Shown here in pieces: positions 39,387 through 49,477 of a stretch of 64,000 nucleotides of DNA. Positions within the stretch are counted from its first letter, which is position 1, and each line of letters opens with the position of its first letter. Under the pieces are notes generated by a model. It searched no databases. It had not been told where the DNA came from and saw nothing but the letters and a program-made list of their open reading frames with translations. The position numbers were made by a program, and so were the translations under genes. The stretch comes from Longimicrobiales bacterium (GTDB lineage: Bacteria; Gemmatimonadota; Gemmatimonadetes; Longimicrobiales; Gaopeijiaceae): the NCBI GenBank assembly GCA_965203485.1, contig OZ241892.1, forward strand, positions 1,568,001 through 1,632,000, in the 5' to 3' direction.

Positions 39387-42300
39387 GGGCGCGGATCCTC
39401 GTCGCGCGCTCCGCGAGGAGCGGGCGGGGCACGCTCGTTCAGCCGCTGGAAGTAGCGCACCACGAGGGCCTGCATCGCGGGGGGCAACGAGCGCATCGCA
39501 ACGGGATCGGGAAGGCGGTAGCGAATCGCGTCCATGGCGGAAGCCGCGACGGGCGCGACGTCCTCATGCAGAAACTCGCCCGGTGTCTCGGATTCGCGCT
39601 CGTGCGACTCCTCGTCGCGCTCCAGGCCGCGGCCGGCGTCCAGCAGTCGGTGGAAGAGACGCTCCTGCCGCCTCAGGACATCCGGATCGAAGCGTCCCTG
39701 GGCCAGCGCTTCGGCCAGTCTCCGGGCTTCCGCGGCCATGCCGCCCAGGTCGCCGAGCGGGCCCTCCTCGCCCCGAGTCTCGTCCCGGCCGGCCAGCGTC
39801 CCCAGTTCGCCCGCCACTTCCTCCTGCTCGCCGGCGATCTCGCGCATCGCTTCGTTCGACGTCTCGGACCCCTGCTGCATGGGGGCGAGCCCCGCCGCAT
39901 CCTGAATGATGTCGCCCTGCTGCTGGGCAAGCTCGGCGAGCTGCTGCATCATGGCCTCGCCCGCGGAAGACGCGCCGGCGGACGGATCCTGTTCCGCCGC
40001 CTCCATTGCCAAGCGCGCGGTCTCGTTCAGCGCCCGAACCACTTCGCGGGCGCTCTCGTACGGGGACGCCGAGCTGCGACGGGCGCCCATTGCCTCGACG
40101 GTGCGGTCGACGTGTTCGAGAGCCCGGCCCGCAGAGGTCATCACGTCTCGCGCCCCGGGTGCGCCCATGCCGGTCCCAATCGCATAGTTCTCCGCCAAGT
40201 TGCGAATGCCCTGCGCAATCGCCGCCTCCGCCCCGCGCAGATTCGCCACGTCGGCGGCGGCGGCGCCTCGCATCTGCTCCTGCACCTCCGCTTGGCGGCG
40301 AGAGAGCGCCAGCGCGTCGACCGCCGTGCGCGACAGAGCGGCACGAAGCGCGGCCATCCTCCGTTCCCGCATCTGCGCTCCGGCCTCGTCCACGGCCCGC
40401 GCGGCTTCGGACAGATTGCCCGCCGCCTGGGCGGCCTGCCGCTCCGCCGAACGCGAGTCCCGCCGACGGGCCGCTTGGGCGGCCTCGTTCATGCGGGCGC
40501 CCCCCTCGGAAAGACGCGTCGCCGCCGCTTCGAGTCCCGCTTGCGCCTTCGTCTCGCCCATGCCGGCCAGACGCTCCATGAGTTCCTGCACCTGCGCCTC
40601 GAGCCCGGCAGTGCGCTCGGCAAGGGCATCCTGGCGCTCGGCGCTCGTCTGGTCTCCAGCGTCGGCCGGGCCGGCCATCTCGGCGGCCAGCGACGCCTGC
40701 CGTTCTGCCAAGGCCTCCGCTTCCTGGACGGCCACGTCGAGTCCCTGGTCGACGGCCGCCCGCTCGAACCCGGCCAGCGATTCCTCGAGCCGGCTCCGAA
40801 TCTCCTCCTGCTCGCGGGCGGCCCGGCGCAGCGCGTCCATCAGCTCGCTCGAGTCCATGCCGGCCGCGTCGGCGAGAGGCGCGCCCTTCGGATCGGCGGC
40901 CTCGGCGACGTCGTCCAGCGCGGAAGCCATTTCGCCCAGGCGTCCGCGCGCTTCGGCGCTCGACAGCCCGCTGCGCTCCAGGGCGGCGCGGAGCGCGGCG
41001 AGTTCGCGCCGCAACGAATCCACGGACGCCGCCAGCTGGTCCCGGCGTTCGACCGCCCGCACCATCTCCTCGCGGTCCGCGAATTGCCGCTGCTCCGCCC
41101 CCGGCTCGCCCGCCGGGCCCCGACGCTCTCCGCGCTCCAGCAGCGCGCGGGCGTCTTCCTCCGCTTCGCGCGCCTCCGCGGCCAGCCCCTGAGCGGCGTC
41201 CGCGGCTCGCGCCATCGCCTCGCCCGCCGCCCGCTCGAGGTCCAGCGTTCCCGGCACCCGCAACACGTGCTCGGCCGTCTCTGCCGACTGCGCCGAAGGA
41301 TGATTGTCGGTCGCCCTGGCCAAGTAGCGGACCGTGTCGCCCGGAGAGAGCCGCCAACCGGACACGTCGAGGGCGGGGCGCGCGACCACCCCCGGCCCCG
41401 GCTCCGTCGCCGCGACGGCGACGACCGGCTCGCCGGCATCGCCGAACGCGCTGACCCGCCAAGCCACGATCTCGAGGCGCCCGATGCCGAAGTCGTCCAG
41501 CGCGCGCACCACAAGGGGCTGGCGCATTGCGGCGGGCAGAACCGCCAGGGCCTCGGGATGCTCGATCGAGACGCGAGGCGGCGAGTCTGCGATCATCCGA
41601 ACGCGCAACGGCGGCGGCGACAGCGCGCCCGCGGCGTCGGCGAACTCCCACGCGAACACGCCGCCCGAGCGCGGAACCCACTCCGCGGAGAAGGACGTGC
41701 CCCGAACGTCGAACTCGACCTCGGCGCTCCCGTCGCCGCGCACCAGCCTCGCGCGGCCGATTGCCCGGTTGCCGCTGCCCCGCAGGCTGATCCGTGAGCC
41801 CTCGACGATTTCCAGGTGCGGGACGGCGCCCCGGTGCTCGCTCGGGGGAAGCCCCGTGTGCGGCGGATGAAACACGGTCGCGTCCACGCTCGCGACCAAG
41901 AGCGGATCCACGGGCGTCAGCACGTACTCGGGACTCCGCGCCCCGTCCGGGGCCTCGACCCAATAGCGGGTCACGGAGGTCAGCGGGGGCAGGCGGGTCC
42001 GGGCGATGCCGTCCAAGAGAGGCATGGCGCGCAACCGGGCGACCTGGCCGGTCGCCGCCCAACGAAGGTCGGCGTCGTCGCGGAGCGGGGCCCGAACCTC
42101 CACTTCCACTTCGGAGCCGCGGGCGGCCTCGACGGTGCCGGGCCGGGCGCTGACGGGAGGCAGAACGGGCTCCGCCAAGATGGCGATGGGAGTCAGGAGA
42201 CCACCCCACGCGTCCATCGCCCGCCCTGGCGCGCGAGCCGCTACGGCGACGACGACGGCCGCCACGGCGGCCAGGCAGGCATGCGCGCGGCGCGCGTGCA

Positions 42301-42838
42301 GCCGCAACCGATCGCCAAGGACGCCCGAGAGCGCCGCGGGCCCCGCGCCCAGACGCTCGCTCACGGACCGCAACGCCATGGCGCGCAGGCCGGCCGACGT
42401 CCCCGCCGGCGACCCGCGGGAGAGCTCCAGGCCGCCCAGGACCGCTCCAGCCGAGAGTCCGGCCGCTCCGTCCATCGCGCGGGCCACGACCCGTTCGTCG
42501 GCCCACCGCGCCCGCAGGGCCGCCCACAGCCACGCCGCCGCCAAGACGAGGGCTCCCATCGCGGAAACCACCAGGAGCGGTCCGGGGCTTCCGGCCGCCC
42601 ATCCGCCGCCTCCGGCCGCGACGCGCGCCGCAAGAAGCAACCCGAACGCGGCGGTCGCCGTCCACGCGGCCGCCAGCCCGGTCACCCGGCCCGCGACGCG
42701 CGCCCGCACCTCCGCGACCGCCCGTTCCACTCCTTCGCCGACTTGCGACGCGCCCGCGGCGCCTCGGCCTCCGGGCCGGCGAGGGCGGGGGCGCAACCCG
42801 GATCTCGCGGAGGCGTCCGGCTCCCTCACGAAGTCCAC
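39383..42838 (-). CDS. DUF4175-family membrane-anchored coiled-coil protein
   Basis: N-terminal TMs, Ig-like section (PPHTGLP, DSPPRV, ALDDFGI, PGDTVRY..RATDN), long Q/E/A coiled coil, and RQERLFHRLLDA...YFQRL C-terminus. Confidence 0.75.
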   Translation of the reverse strand: MDFVREPDASARSGLRPRPRRPGGRGAAGASQVGEGVERAVAEVRARVAGRVTGLAAAWTATAAFGLLLAARVAAGGGGWAAGSPGPLLVVSAMGALVLAAAWLWAALRARWADERVVARAMDGAAGLSAGAVLGGLELSRGSPAGTSAGLRAMALRSVSERLGAGPAALSGVLGDRLRLHARRAHACLAAVAAVVVAVAARAPGRAMDAWGGLLTPIAILAEPVLPPVSARPGTVEAARGSEVEVEVRAPLRDDADLRWAATGQVARLRAMPLLDGIARTRLPPLTSVTRYWVEAPDGARSPEYVLTPVDPLLVASVDATVFHPPHTGLPPSEHRGAVPHLEIVEGSRISLRGSGNRAIGRARLVRGDGSAEVEFDVRGTSFSAEWVPRSGGVFAWEFADAAGALSPPPLRVRMIADSPPRVSIEHPEALAVLPAAMRQPLVVRALDDFGIGRLEIVAWRVSAFGDAGEPVVAVAATEPGPGVVARPALDVSGWRLSPGDTVRYLARATDNHPSAQSAETAEHVLRVPGTLDLERAAGEAMARAADAAQGLAAEAREAEEDARALLERGERRGPAGEPGAEQRQFADREEMVRAVERRDQLAASVDSLRRELAALRAALERSGLSSAEARGRLGEMASALDDVAEAADPKGAPLADAAGMDSSELMDALRRAAREQEEIRSRLEESLAGFERAAVDQGLDVAVQEAEALAERQASLAAEMAGPADAGDQTSAERQDALAERTAGLEAQVQELMERLAGMGETKAQAGLEAAATRLSEGGARMNEAAQAARRRDSRSAERQAAQAAGNLSEAARAVDEAGAQMRERRMAALRAALSRTAVDALALSRRQAEVQEQMRGAAAADVANLRGAEAAIAQGIRNLAENYAIGTGMGAPGARDVMTSAGRALEHVDRTVEAMGARRSSASPYESAREVVRALNETARLAMEAAEQDPSAGASSAGEAMMQQLAELAQQQGDIIQDAAGLAPMQQGSETSNEAMREIAGEQEEVAGELGTLAGRDETRGEEGPLGDLGGMAAEARRLAEALAQGRFDPDVLRRQERLFHRLLDAGRGLERDEESHERESETPGEFLHEDVAPVAASAMDAIRYRLPDPVAMRSLPPAMQALVVRYFQRLNERAPPAPRGARDEDPRP

Positions 42839-43527
42839 GCCGCCTGTCTCATCGCGAAGACGAAGATGTTCACGCCCATCTGCAACGCGGCCTCGCGAAC
42901 CGCCGGGGGGTCGTCGTGCACGCCCGCGTCCTCCCAGCCGTCTCCGAGGTCGGCCTCGAACGTGTAGAGAACCGCCAGCCTGCCGTCGCGAAAGATGCCC
43001 AGCGCTTGGGGGCGGCCGCCGTCGTGCTCGTGCACCTTCGGCAGTCCGCCCGGCAGGCGGTACGGAACGCGGAACAGCGCGTGGTCGGGGGGCAACTCGA
43101 CCATGGACTGGTCCGGGAAGAGCAACGCCATCTCACGCCGAAACGATTCGTCCATTCCGTAGTTGTCGTCCGCATGCAGGAAGCCGCCGCCTTGCAGGTA
43201 TGCGCGGAGCGCGTTCCGCTCCTCGGGCGAGAAACGTATGTTTCCGTGTCCCGTCATGTAGATGAAGGGGTAGTCTCGGAGGCCCAGGTCGGCGGGCGTC
43301 AGCACGGCGTCGCGGGTCGCGGTCGCGATGCCGGTGCGTTCCCGCACTGCCGCAAGCAGGTTGGGCAGCGACGACGGATTGGCGTACCAGTCTCCGCCCC
43401 CGTCGTACTTCAGACGGCCGATCGTGGGCGGCCCGGCCGCTTGGCCAGCGGCCCCGCCGACCGCGGCCGCCAAGCCGGAAGAGGCGAGGAGAAGGGCGGA
43501 GACGAGGAAATGCCCGCGGGCTCTCAA
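42826..43527 (-). CDS. DUF4159 domain protein
   Basis: RLKYDGGGDWY, YPFIYMTGHG, GGFLHADDNYG, GLPKVHEHDG and DLGDGWED motifs. Start uncertain. Confidence 0.8.
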   Translation of the reverse strand: MRARGHFLVSALLLASSGLAAAVGGAAGQAAGPPTIGRLKYDGGGDWYANPSSLPNLLAAVRERTGIATATRDAVLTPADLGLRDYPFIYMTGHGNIRFSPEERNALRAYLQGGGFLHADDNYGMDESFRREMALLFPDQSMVELPPDHALFRVPYRLPGGLPKVHEHDGGRPQALGIFRDGRLAVLYTFEADLGDGWEDAGVHDDPPAVREAALQMGVNIFVFAMRQAAWTS

Positions 43528-43922
43528 GGTGCGTTCGCGGCGCGCGCCGGAGCCGTGAGGTGGGTCCTTCGGGCGGCAGTCTTGGGAGCGTCCGCCGGGA
43601 CGGGCGTCGCCGGGCTCTCCGCATTCTCGGAAGGCCGGGCAACCGGTCGCGCCCCGGCCAAGCCGGCAAGCGCCCGGGCGGCGCCTGCTCGGCCGGGGCC
43701 GGAGGGAACGCGCGCGGTTCCGGCATCCGGTCCGACGACGCGGGCGGGACGTTTGGCTTCGGGGGGCTCCACGATCACGTTGGCAATCATAGCCGCGGGA
43801 TTCCCGACGCCGCCGGCCCGAACCAGCGAAGGGCCGCCGTGGAGGGGTGGCGCCGACGACGCCGGTCCCCCACGCGGCCTCGCGGCGACGCGCTGCATCC
43901 GCCAAGAAGGCGGCGGCGCACA

Positions 43923-45899
43923 TCAGGGCGCCCCCAAGGGCACGGGCGCCGACTCGCCGTTGCCGCAACGGCGGTCCCCTGCCCCGCCCCCGCGTTGGAA
44001 ACCTCCCGCCTCCCCGGCGGAGCCGACGTCGGGCCAGCCCGGCAGGCGGAGCACTTGCCCCGCCCGGGCTTGGGCCGCCAGGCACCAGGCGCTGCCGACG
44101 TCGTCCAACTGGAACTTGAACCGGTCGTCCAACGCCGAAGCCGGCCACGGAGCGTCGTCGTCCCAGAATACGAAGACGCGCTCGCCGTCTTCCTCCGCCG
44201 GCCCCTCGACGCGACGCGCGGTCACCTTGCGCCCGCCCGGGAGGATGGCGTCGGCGGCAGGCGACAACGGCCGCCCGGCGGCGCGCAAGTGGAAGAAGAC
44301 GATCTGCCCCAACGCCCAGTCCGCCGCGACCGCGTCGCCAGGACGCAGGCCCGGCTCGACGGCGGCGACCAGCGACGCGGCGGCCGGGGACCATCCCGAC
44401 CTCCCCGTCAACCATTCCGCCGCGGTGGACCGTGTCCACCAAGCGCCCGCCCCAAGCACCAGCAGGACGGCCAGCACGCGGCCCGCGATCCAGTTCCGCT
44501 TCGCGACGTCGCCTCTCCCGAGGGTCTGCAACGCGCGGGCGAGCCCCGCACCCGCCAGCATCGTCAGCGCGAACACCAGCCAAAGCGTCATGCGAGGTTG
44601 CAACGACACGGGCCTGATCGCCAGGACCGACGCCGTTCCTCCGACGACCGCGGCCGCGAAGAGCCCTCGCGGCCCTGCATCGCGCCGCCGCGCGAACGCA
44701 CCCGCGACGACGGCCGCGAAGAGCGTCGGTTGCGCCCAAAGGGGGACTGCCAGATTGATCCGCATCCAGGCGCCCACCGTGTTCATGGCCCAGAGTCGCC
44801 AGCGCCACGCTCCCTCCGCCCAGCCCTCCACGTGCTTGTTGGCCAACAGCGCGCCGCTCCCCGACTCCCAAAGCACCGGCGCGTACAGCAAGCTCGCCAG
44901 CGCCAGCGCGACGCCGGTCCACGCCGCGAGTCGCAACGCGAACGGTCCGAGCGCCGCCGGTCCACGCTCCCGCCAGCAAAGCAGCAGCATCCAGCAACCC
45001 GTGACCGCGGCGGGGAACGCCATCAATGGAATCGTGAAGAAGCCCAGGCCGGTCGCGGCCGAGTACCCGGCCCACAGCCGTGGGCTGCCGGGGCGCAGGA
45101 CGAGCTCCCCCCCGAACCAGAGCGCGGCCACGAAGCACAGCAGCATCAGCGAGTAGCCGCGTGCGCTCGACGCGAACTCGGTGAACAGCGGCGAAGTGGC
45201 GAGCAAGGCGGTTGCGAAAGCGGCGGCGGTCCATCCGTGTTCTCTGCGCACGAGCCACCATGCCGCCGGCAACGCCGCGCAGGCCGCGAGGAAGGCTGGC
45301 ATCCGCAACGCCACCGGATGCCAACCCCCGAGCCGGTGCGCGATCCACACCAGCAACGTGTGCAGCACGTGGTTGTTCGGAGCGTCGTACGCGCTCCAAG
45401 CGTGCCACAGCGGTCCGGTTGCGTAGTGCAGCGCCGTGACCGTCTCGTCGACCCGCATGGGCCCGGCGAGGCCGCGGGCCGCCAGGAGGACGCCGGCCGC
45501 GACCACGACCACCGCGACCACCCGTTCCGCGCCGGCCGGCCGCACCCCAGCCCCAGCCCCGGCCACCGCCAAGGCCGGCCGGGTGCGCCCCCGGCCGGAC
45601 TCGGGCGGCGCCGGGGCGCTCGCCGACCCCGCCGCAAGAGAGCCCGCCCGACGCCGCGCCAGGAGCAACATCGCGGCCAGCGCCCCGAATCCGGCAGCCA
45701 TCTCGATCGCGGCGCCCGCGAGGGTTCGGCCCAGAACGCGCTCCAAGCCGGCAGGCTCGCCGTCGATCGCGAGCAGGTCCGCCCAGCTCTGCAACGTCCC
45801 GGCGTCCAGCTGCGAGACCACCGCCAAGCCGCCGCACGCGGCGGCAGAGACCCCGCCCGCGATCGTGGCGGCGCGAACGCGCGACTCGTCGCTCCTCAA
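43923..45899 (-). CDS. GT-C fold membrane glycosyltransferase (family 39/ArnT/PMT-like)
   Basis: MRVDE motif after a TM, YDAPNNHVLHTLL, ALRMPAF and ARGYSL motifs; many TM helices. Confidence 0.78.
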   Translation of the reverse strand: MRSDESRVRAATIAGGVSAAACGGLAVVSQLDAGTLQSWADLLAIDGEPAGLERVLGRTLAGAAIEMAAGFGALAAMLLLARRRAGSLAAGSASAPAPPESGRGRTRPALAVAGAGAGVRPAGAERVVAVVVVAAGVLLAARGLAGPMRVDETVTALHYATGPLWHAWSAYDAPNNHVLHTLLVWIAHRLGGWHPVALRMPAFLAACAALPAAWWLVRREHGWTAAAFATALLATSPLFTEFASSARGYSLMLLCFVAALWFGGELVLRPGSPRLWAGYSAATGLGFFTIPLMAFPAAVTGCWMLLLCWRERGPAALGPFALRLAAWTGVALALASLLYAPVLWESGSGALLANKHVEGWAEGAWRWRLWAMNTVGAWMRINLAVPLWAQPTLFAAVVAGAFARRRDAGPRGLFAAAVVGGTASVLAIRPVSLQPRMTLWLVFALTMLAGAGLARALQTLGRGDVAKRNWIAGRVLAVLLVLGAGAWWTRSTAAEWLTGRSGWSPAAASLVAAVEPGLRPGDAVAADWALGQIVFFHLRAAGRPLSPAADAILPGGRKVTARRVEGPAEEDGERVFVFWDDDAPWPASALDDRFKFQLDDVGSAWCLAAQARAGQVLRLPGWPDVGSAGEAGGFQRGGGAGDRRCGNGESAPVPLGAP

Positions 45900-46779
45900 C
45901 GCTCGGTCTCGCCGGGCAACGCGACGGAGGCCGCCGGGCCCTCGTCTTTAGGGCACTGTTCGCCGACCGCGCGCCCTTCGAGCGACCACGCGCCGAGCGC
46001 GGCATCGCGCAGCGACGGCCAGCGATTGAACCGCAACACCTTGCGAATGTCGGGCTGGGCGGCGACGACCGGAGCGGACGTGCCCGGCGCCCAGCCGGTC
46101 TCTCGCGCGAACCACTCGAAGACGCCGGGTCGCGCCGCCCACCACGCGAACGCTCCGGTCGCGGACGCCACCGCCGCCACCGCCGCCACCGACTGCGAGC
46201 GAGAACTCGGCAAGAGCCGCCCAAGCGCGGCGTCGCAAGACGTGGCCACCCCAGCGCCGCCCATGACCGCGACCGGAACCAGCATGAACACCGTCATGCG
46301 CGGAGGAAACAAGACCGGATGCGCGGCGAGCACGGCCCCCACCACCACGGCCAAGGCGAGCAAGCCTCTGTGCCCCGTCCCGAGCCGCGGCGCCGGCGAC
46401 AGACCACGCCGCGACGCGCAACGCAAACAACGGCAACGCCCGCAGACCCCGCTCGCGCCAGCCCAACGGAATCGTTCAGCACGCCGCGATTCGCGGCTCG
46501 GGGCGGGCTCCGCGCATCCCGGGCTCTTCATCGTCTCCGCGGTCCCGCGGTCGCCTCACCGGCCCGAAGCCGTGGAACGCGCAGTACACGAATCGCCGCC
46601 GGCAGCGCCATGACCGGAATCGCGAAGAGTCCCAGCCCGATCGCCGCCGCGTACGCCGCCCACAGCCGTCGCGCCCCGGGCCGACGCGCAAGCTCGCTCC
46701 CGCACAGGAGAGCCGGCACGAAGCAAAGCACCGTCAGCGAGCAGCCCCGCGCGTTCGACGCGTACTCCGCGAAGAGCGG
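45896..46779 (-). pseudogene. Distal remnant of a second GT-C glycosyltransferase paralog (frameshifted, IS-interrupted)
   Basis: Fragments in different frames align to the 43923-45899 gene: PLFAEYASNARGCSL, LCFVPALLCGSELARRPGARRLWAAY, HPVLFPPRMT and EWFARETGWAP. Confidence 0.75.
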
Positions 46780-46783
46780 CTAG

Positions 46784-48312
46784 CAGTCCGTGGACAAAGT
46801 CCCGGCGCGCCGGCGATTTGGTGGGGAGTAGATTGGAGGGACGGAACGATTCCCTTGAAGGAGGACGGCGATGGCGTTGGGCAAGCGTCGGAGCGAGCGG
46901 CAGCAGGCGTTGTTCGTGGCGACGAGCAAGATCAGCGCGTCCGAGCACCCGTTCTACCGCGCGCTGGACAGGCTGTTGCGGGAGGACGGCTTCGACGAGT
47001 TCGCGGAGGAGGTGTGCGCCGAGTTCTACGCGGGCAACGTGGGCCGTCCGGGGATTCCTCCGGGGGTGTACTTTCGGGCGCTGATGGTGGGGTACCTGGA
47101 GGGCATCTCGTCGGAGCGGGGCATCGCCTGGCGGTGCAGGGACTCGTTTTCGTTGCGTGCGTTCCTGGGGTACGAGCTGACGAGGAACCCGCCGGACCAT
47201 TCGAGCCTGTCGAAGACGCGCAAGCGGCTGAGCGTGGAGGCGCACGTCGCAGTGTTCGCGCGCGTGTTGCGGCTGCTGGACGACTCGGGGCTGTTGGGAG
47301 GCGGGACGCTGGGCGTGGACTCGACGACGCTGGAGGCGAACGCGGCGATGCGCTCGATCGTGCGGCGGGACGGGGGCGCGGGCTACGAGGCGTGGCTGCG
47401 GGAGCTGGCGCGGTCGTCGGGGATCGAGACGCCGACGCGCGAGGAGTTGGCGAAGCTGGACCGAAAGCGTCCGAAGAAGGGGTCGAACGCGGAGTGGGTG
47501 CATCCGGGGGACCCGGAGGCGCGGATCACGAAGATGAAGGACGGGCGCACGCGGCTGGGTCACAAGCTGGAGCAGGCGGTGGACCTGGAGTCGGGCGCGG
47601 TGGTGGGCATGACGGTGCAGACGACGGACGGGGGCGACGCGGCGTCGTTGCCGGAGACGCTGGACGAGGCGGAGCGGCGGCTGGCGGAGCTGGGGGCTGG
47701 GGCGGCGGAAGTGGTGTGCGACAAGGGCTATCACTCGAACAAGACGATGACGGAGTTGGAGGACCGGGGGCTGCGCGGCTACGTGAGCGAGCCCGCGCGC
47801 GGTCGGCGGAGCTGGAAGCAGAACAAGGAAGCCCAGAAGCCGGTCTACGCGAACCGGCGGCGGATTCGGGGCGAGCGCGGCAAGGCGCTGCTGAGGATGC
47901 GGGGCGAGAAGCTCGAGCGCTCGTTCGCGCACCTGCTGGGGACGGGCGGACTTCGCCGCGTGCACGTGCGTGGCCACGAGGACATCCGCAAGCGGATGCT
48001 GATTCACGTCGCCGCCTTCAACCTCGGGCTGCTCATGCGAAGACGCTTCGGCGTCGGCACGCCACGAGGCCTGCAGGGCCGCCCCGCCGCAGCGCAAGCT
48101 GTGCTCGATTCCTGCGCGACGGGCGCCGCAGGCTCCGTTTTGCGCCGATTTTGCCGCCAAATCGCCGCTCTCGAGCCGCTTCGACGCCTCTCGGGGCCGC
48201 TCCAAGCCCTATTGCGCGACTTCCGCGCGTTCGCGCCTTCGAGAGCCCGGTAAACCGCCGTGTCCCACCAAGTTTCGTCGCGGACGCGCCAAGCCCGTTT
48301 GTCCACGGGCTG
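46784..48312 (+). mobile_element. Insertion sequence, IS1182/IS5-like, 1529 bp
   Basis: TIRs CAGTCCGTGGACAAA and TTTGTCCACGGGCTG (1 mismatch in 15). CTAG target duplication at 46780-46783 and 48313-48316. Single transposase. Confidence 0.92.
46871..48253 (+). CDS. DDE transposase (DUF772 + DDE_Tnp_1-like)
   Basis: GRPGIPPGVYFR, SERGIAWRC, PDHSSLS, VDSTTLEANA, DKGYHS and KLERSFAH motifs; AAGGAGG RBS. Confidence 0.93.
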   Translation: MALGKRRSERQQALFVATSKISASEHPFYRALDRLLREDGFDEFAEEVCAEFYAGNVGRPGIPPGVYFRALMVGYLEGISSERGIAWRCRDSFSLRAFLGYELTRNPPDHSSLSKTRKRLSVEAHVAVFARVLRLLDDSGLLGGGTLGVDSTTLEANAAMRSIVRRDGGAGYEAWLRELARSSGIETPTREELAKLDRKRPKKGSNAEWVHPGDPEARITKMKDGRTRLGHKLEQAVDLESGAVVGMTVQTTDGGDAASLPETLDEAERRLAELGAGAAEVVCDKGYHSNKTMTELEDRGLRGYVSEPARGRRSWKQNKEAQKPVYANRRRIRGERGKALLRMRGEKLERSFAHLLGTGGLRRVHVRGHEDIRKRMLIHVAAFNLGLLMRRRFGVGTPRGLQGRPAAAQAVLDSCATGAAGSVLRRFCRQIAALEPLRRLSGPLQALLRDFRAFAPSRAR

Positions 48313-48316
48313 CTAG

Positions 48317-48475
48317 GTGGCGAGGAAGGCCGTCGCGAACGCCGCGGCACGGGGGCCGTGCTCGCGCCGGGCGAACCACCAAGTCGCGGCAAGCGTCGCG
48401 CAACCGGAAAGGCGGGCATCCGCAAGGCGACCGGCTCCCAGGCCGCCAGCCGGTGCGCCACCAGAAGGTTCGGCG
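48317..48475 (-). pseudogene. Proximal remnant of the IS-interrupted glycosyltransferase paralog
   Basis: LVAHRLAAWEPVALRMPAF and WWFARREHGPRAAAFATAFLAT match IAHRLGGWHPVALRMPAF and WWLVRREHGWTAAAFATALLAT of the intact paralog. Confidence 0.75.
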
Positions 48476-48538
48476 GGCGACCGGGGAAGCTCGATCGGCC
48501 CAGCCGACCGGACGGATTGGCCCGGCCCCGGGCCGGCT

Positions 48539-49477
48539 TCACGGGCCGGGGGATCCCGCGCCGCGCACGGCCTCGTATGCCGCCGCGCGGGTCGTCGAGG
48601 CGTGGCGGGCCACGACCTTGGCCGCCGCTCCCGGCGCAAGCCCCGCGGCCAGCAGCGACGCGGCCAGCGCGCGCGCCTCCGCTCCCGCCCGCACCTGCCG
48701 CGAGGACGCCGGCCGGCCGCCGACGACCAAAGTCGTTTCGCCGCGCGGAGGCGACTCCGCGAATCGCGCCGCGCACTCGCCCGCGCGCCCCCGCACGATC
48801 TCCTCGTGCACCTTGGTGAGCTCGCGACAAACGGCGACGCGGCGGTCGGCGCCGGCCGCGTCCGCCACGTCCGCCAACAAGCGCGCCAGACGGCGCGGCG
48901 ACTCGAACAGCACCGATGTCTCGCGGGCACAGGCAAGCGACTTCAAGGCCGACCGCCGCGCCGCACCTTTGCGAGGCAAGAACCCCCAGAACGTGAAGGG
49001 AGCGACGGGAAGCCCCGACGCGACAAGCGCCGCGAGGACCGCCGACGGCCCCGGCACCGGGCTGACGTCGCAACCCGCTCCCACCGCGGCGGCTACAAGC
49101 CGGCCGCCGGGGTCCGACACGAGCGGCGTGCCGGCATCCGAGACCAGGGCCACGTCCTGGCCCGCCGCGAGCCATGCGAGCGCTTGGCGCGCGCGGGCCG
49201 ACTCGTTGCGGGCGTGGAGCGAAGCCGGGCGGACGGCCGCGCCGACCCGGTCGAGAAGAACGCGGGCCCTGCGAGTGTCCTCCGCCAGCACGCGGGTTGC
49301 CGAACGCAGCACGCGACCCGCGCGTTCGCCGAGATCGGACAGGTTGCCGATGGGGGTCGAGACGACGAAGAGCGTTCCCTTGGCGCCGCGGCCCGGAGTC
49401 TCGACGCCTCTCTTTCTTTCGCGCAACGGCGGCGAGTCCGCCTGCGAGCGTTCCGCTCGAACGGCGAGCGACCTCAC
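48539..49477 (-). CDS. rsmI: 16S rRNA (cytidine1402-2'-O)-methyltransferase
   Basis: LFVVSTPIGNLSD, AEDTRR, VSDAGTPLVSDPG, FESPRR and RELTKVHEE motifs. Start approximate. Confidence 0.93.
   Translation of the reverse strand: MRSLAVRAERSQADSPPLRERKRGVETPGRGAKGTLFVVSTPIGNLSDLGERAGRVLRSATRVLAEDTRRARVLLDRVGAAVRPASLHARNESARARQALAWLAAGQDVALVSDAGTPLVSDPGGRLVAAAVGAGCDVSPVPGPSAVLAALVASGLPVAPFTFWGFLPRKGAARRSALKSLACARETSVLFESPRRLARLLADVADAAGADRRVAVCRELTKVHEEIVRGRAGECAARFAESPPRGETTLVVGGRPASSRQVRAGAEARALAASLLAAGLAPGAAAKVVARHASTTRAAAYEAVRGAGSPGP

Noticed and set aside
43560..43800. Possible riboswitch (e.g. cobalamin) in the DUF4159 leader
   Set aside because: The region has GC-rich stems but no recognisable conserved boxes; it would need an Rfam/Infernal scan.
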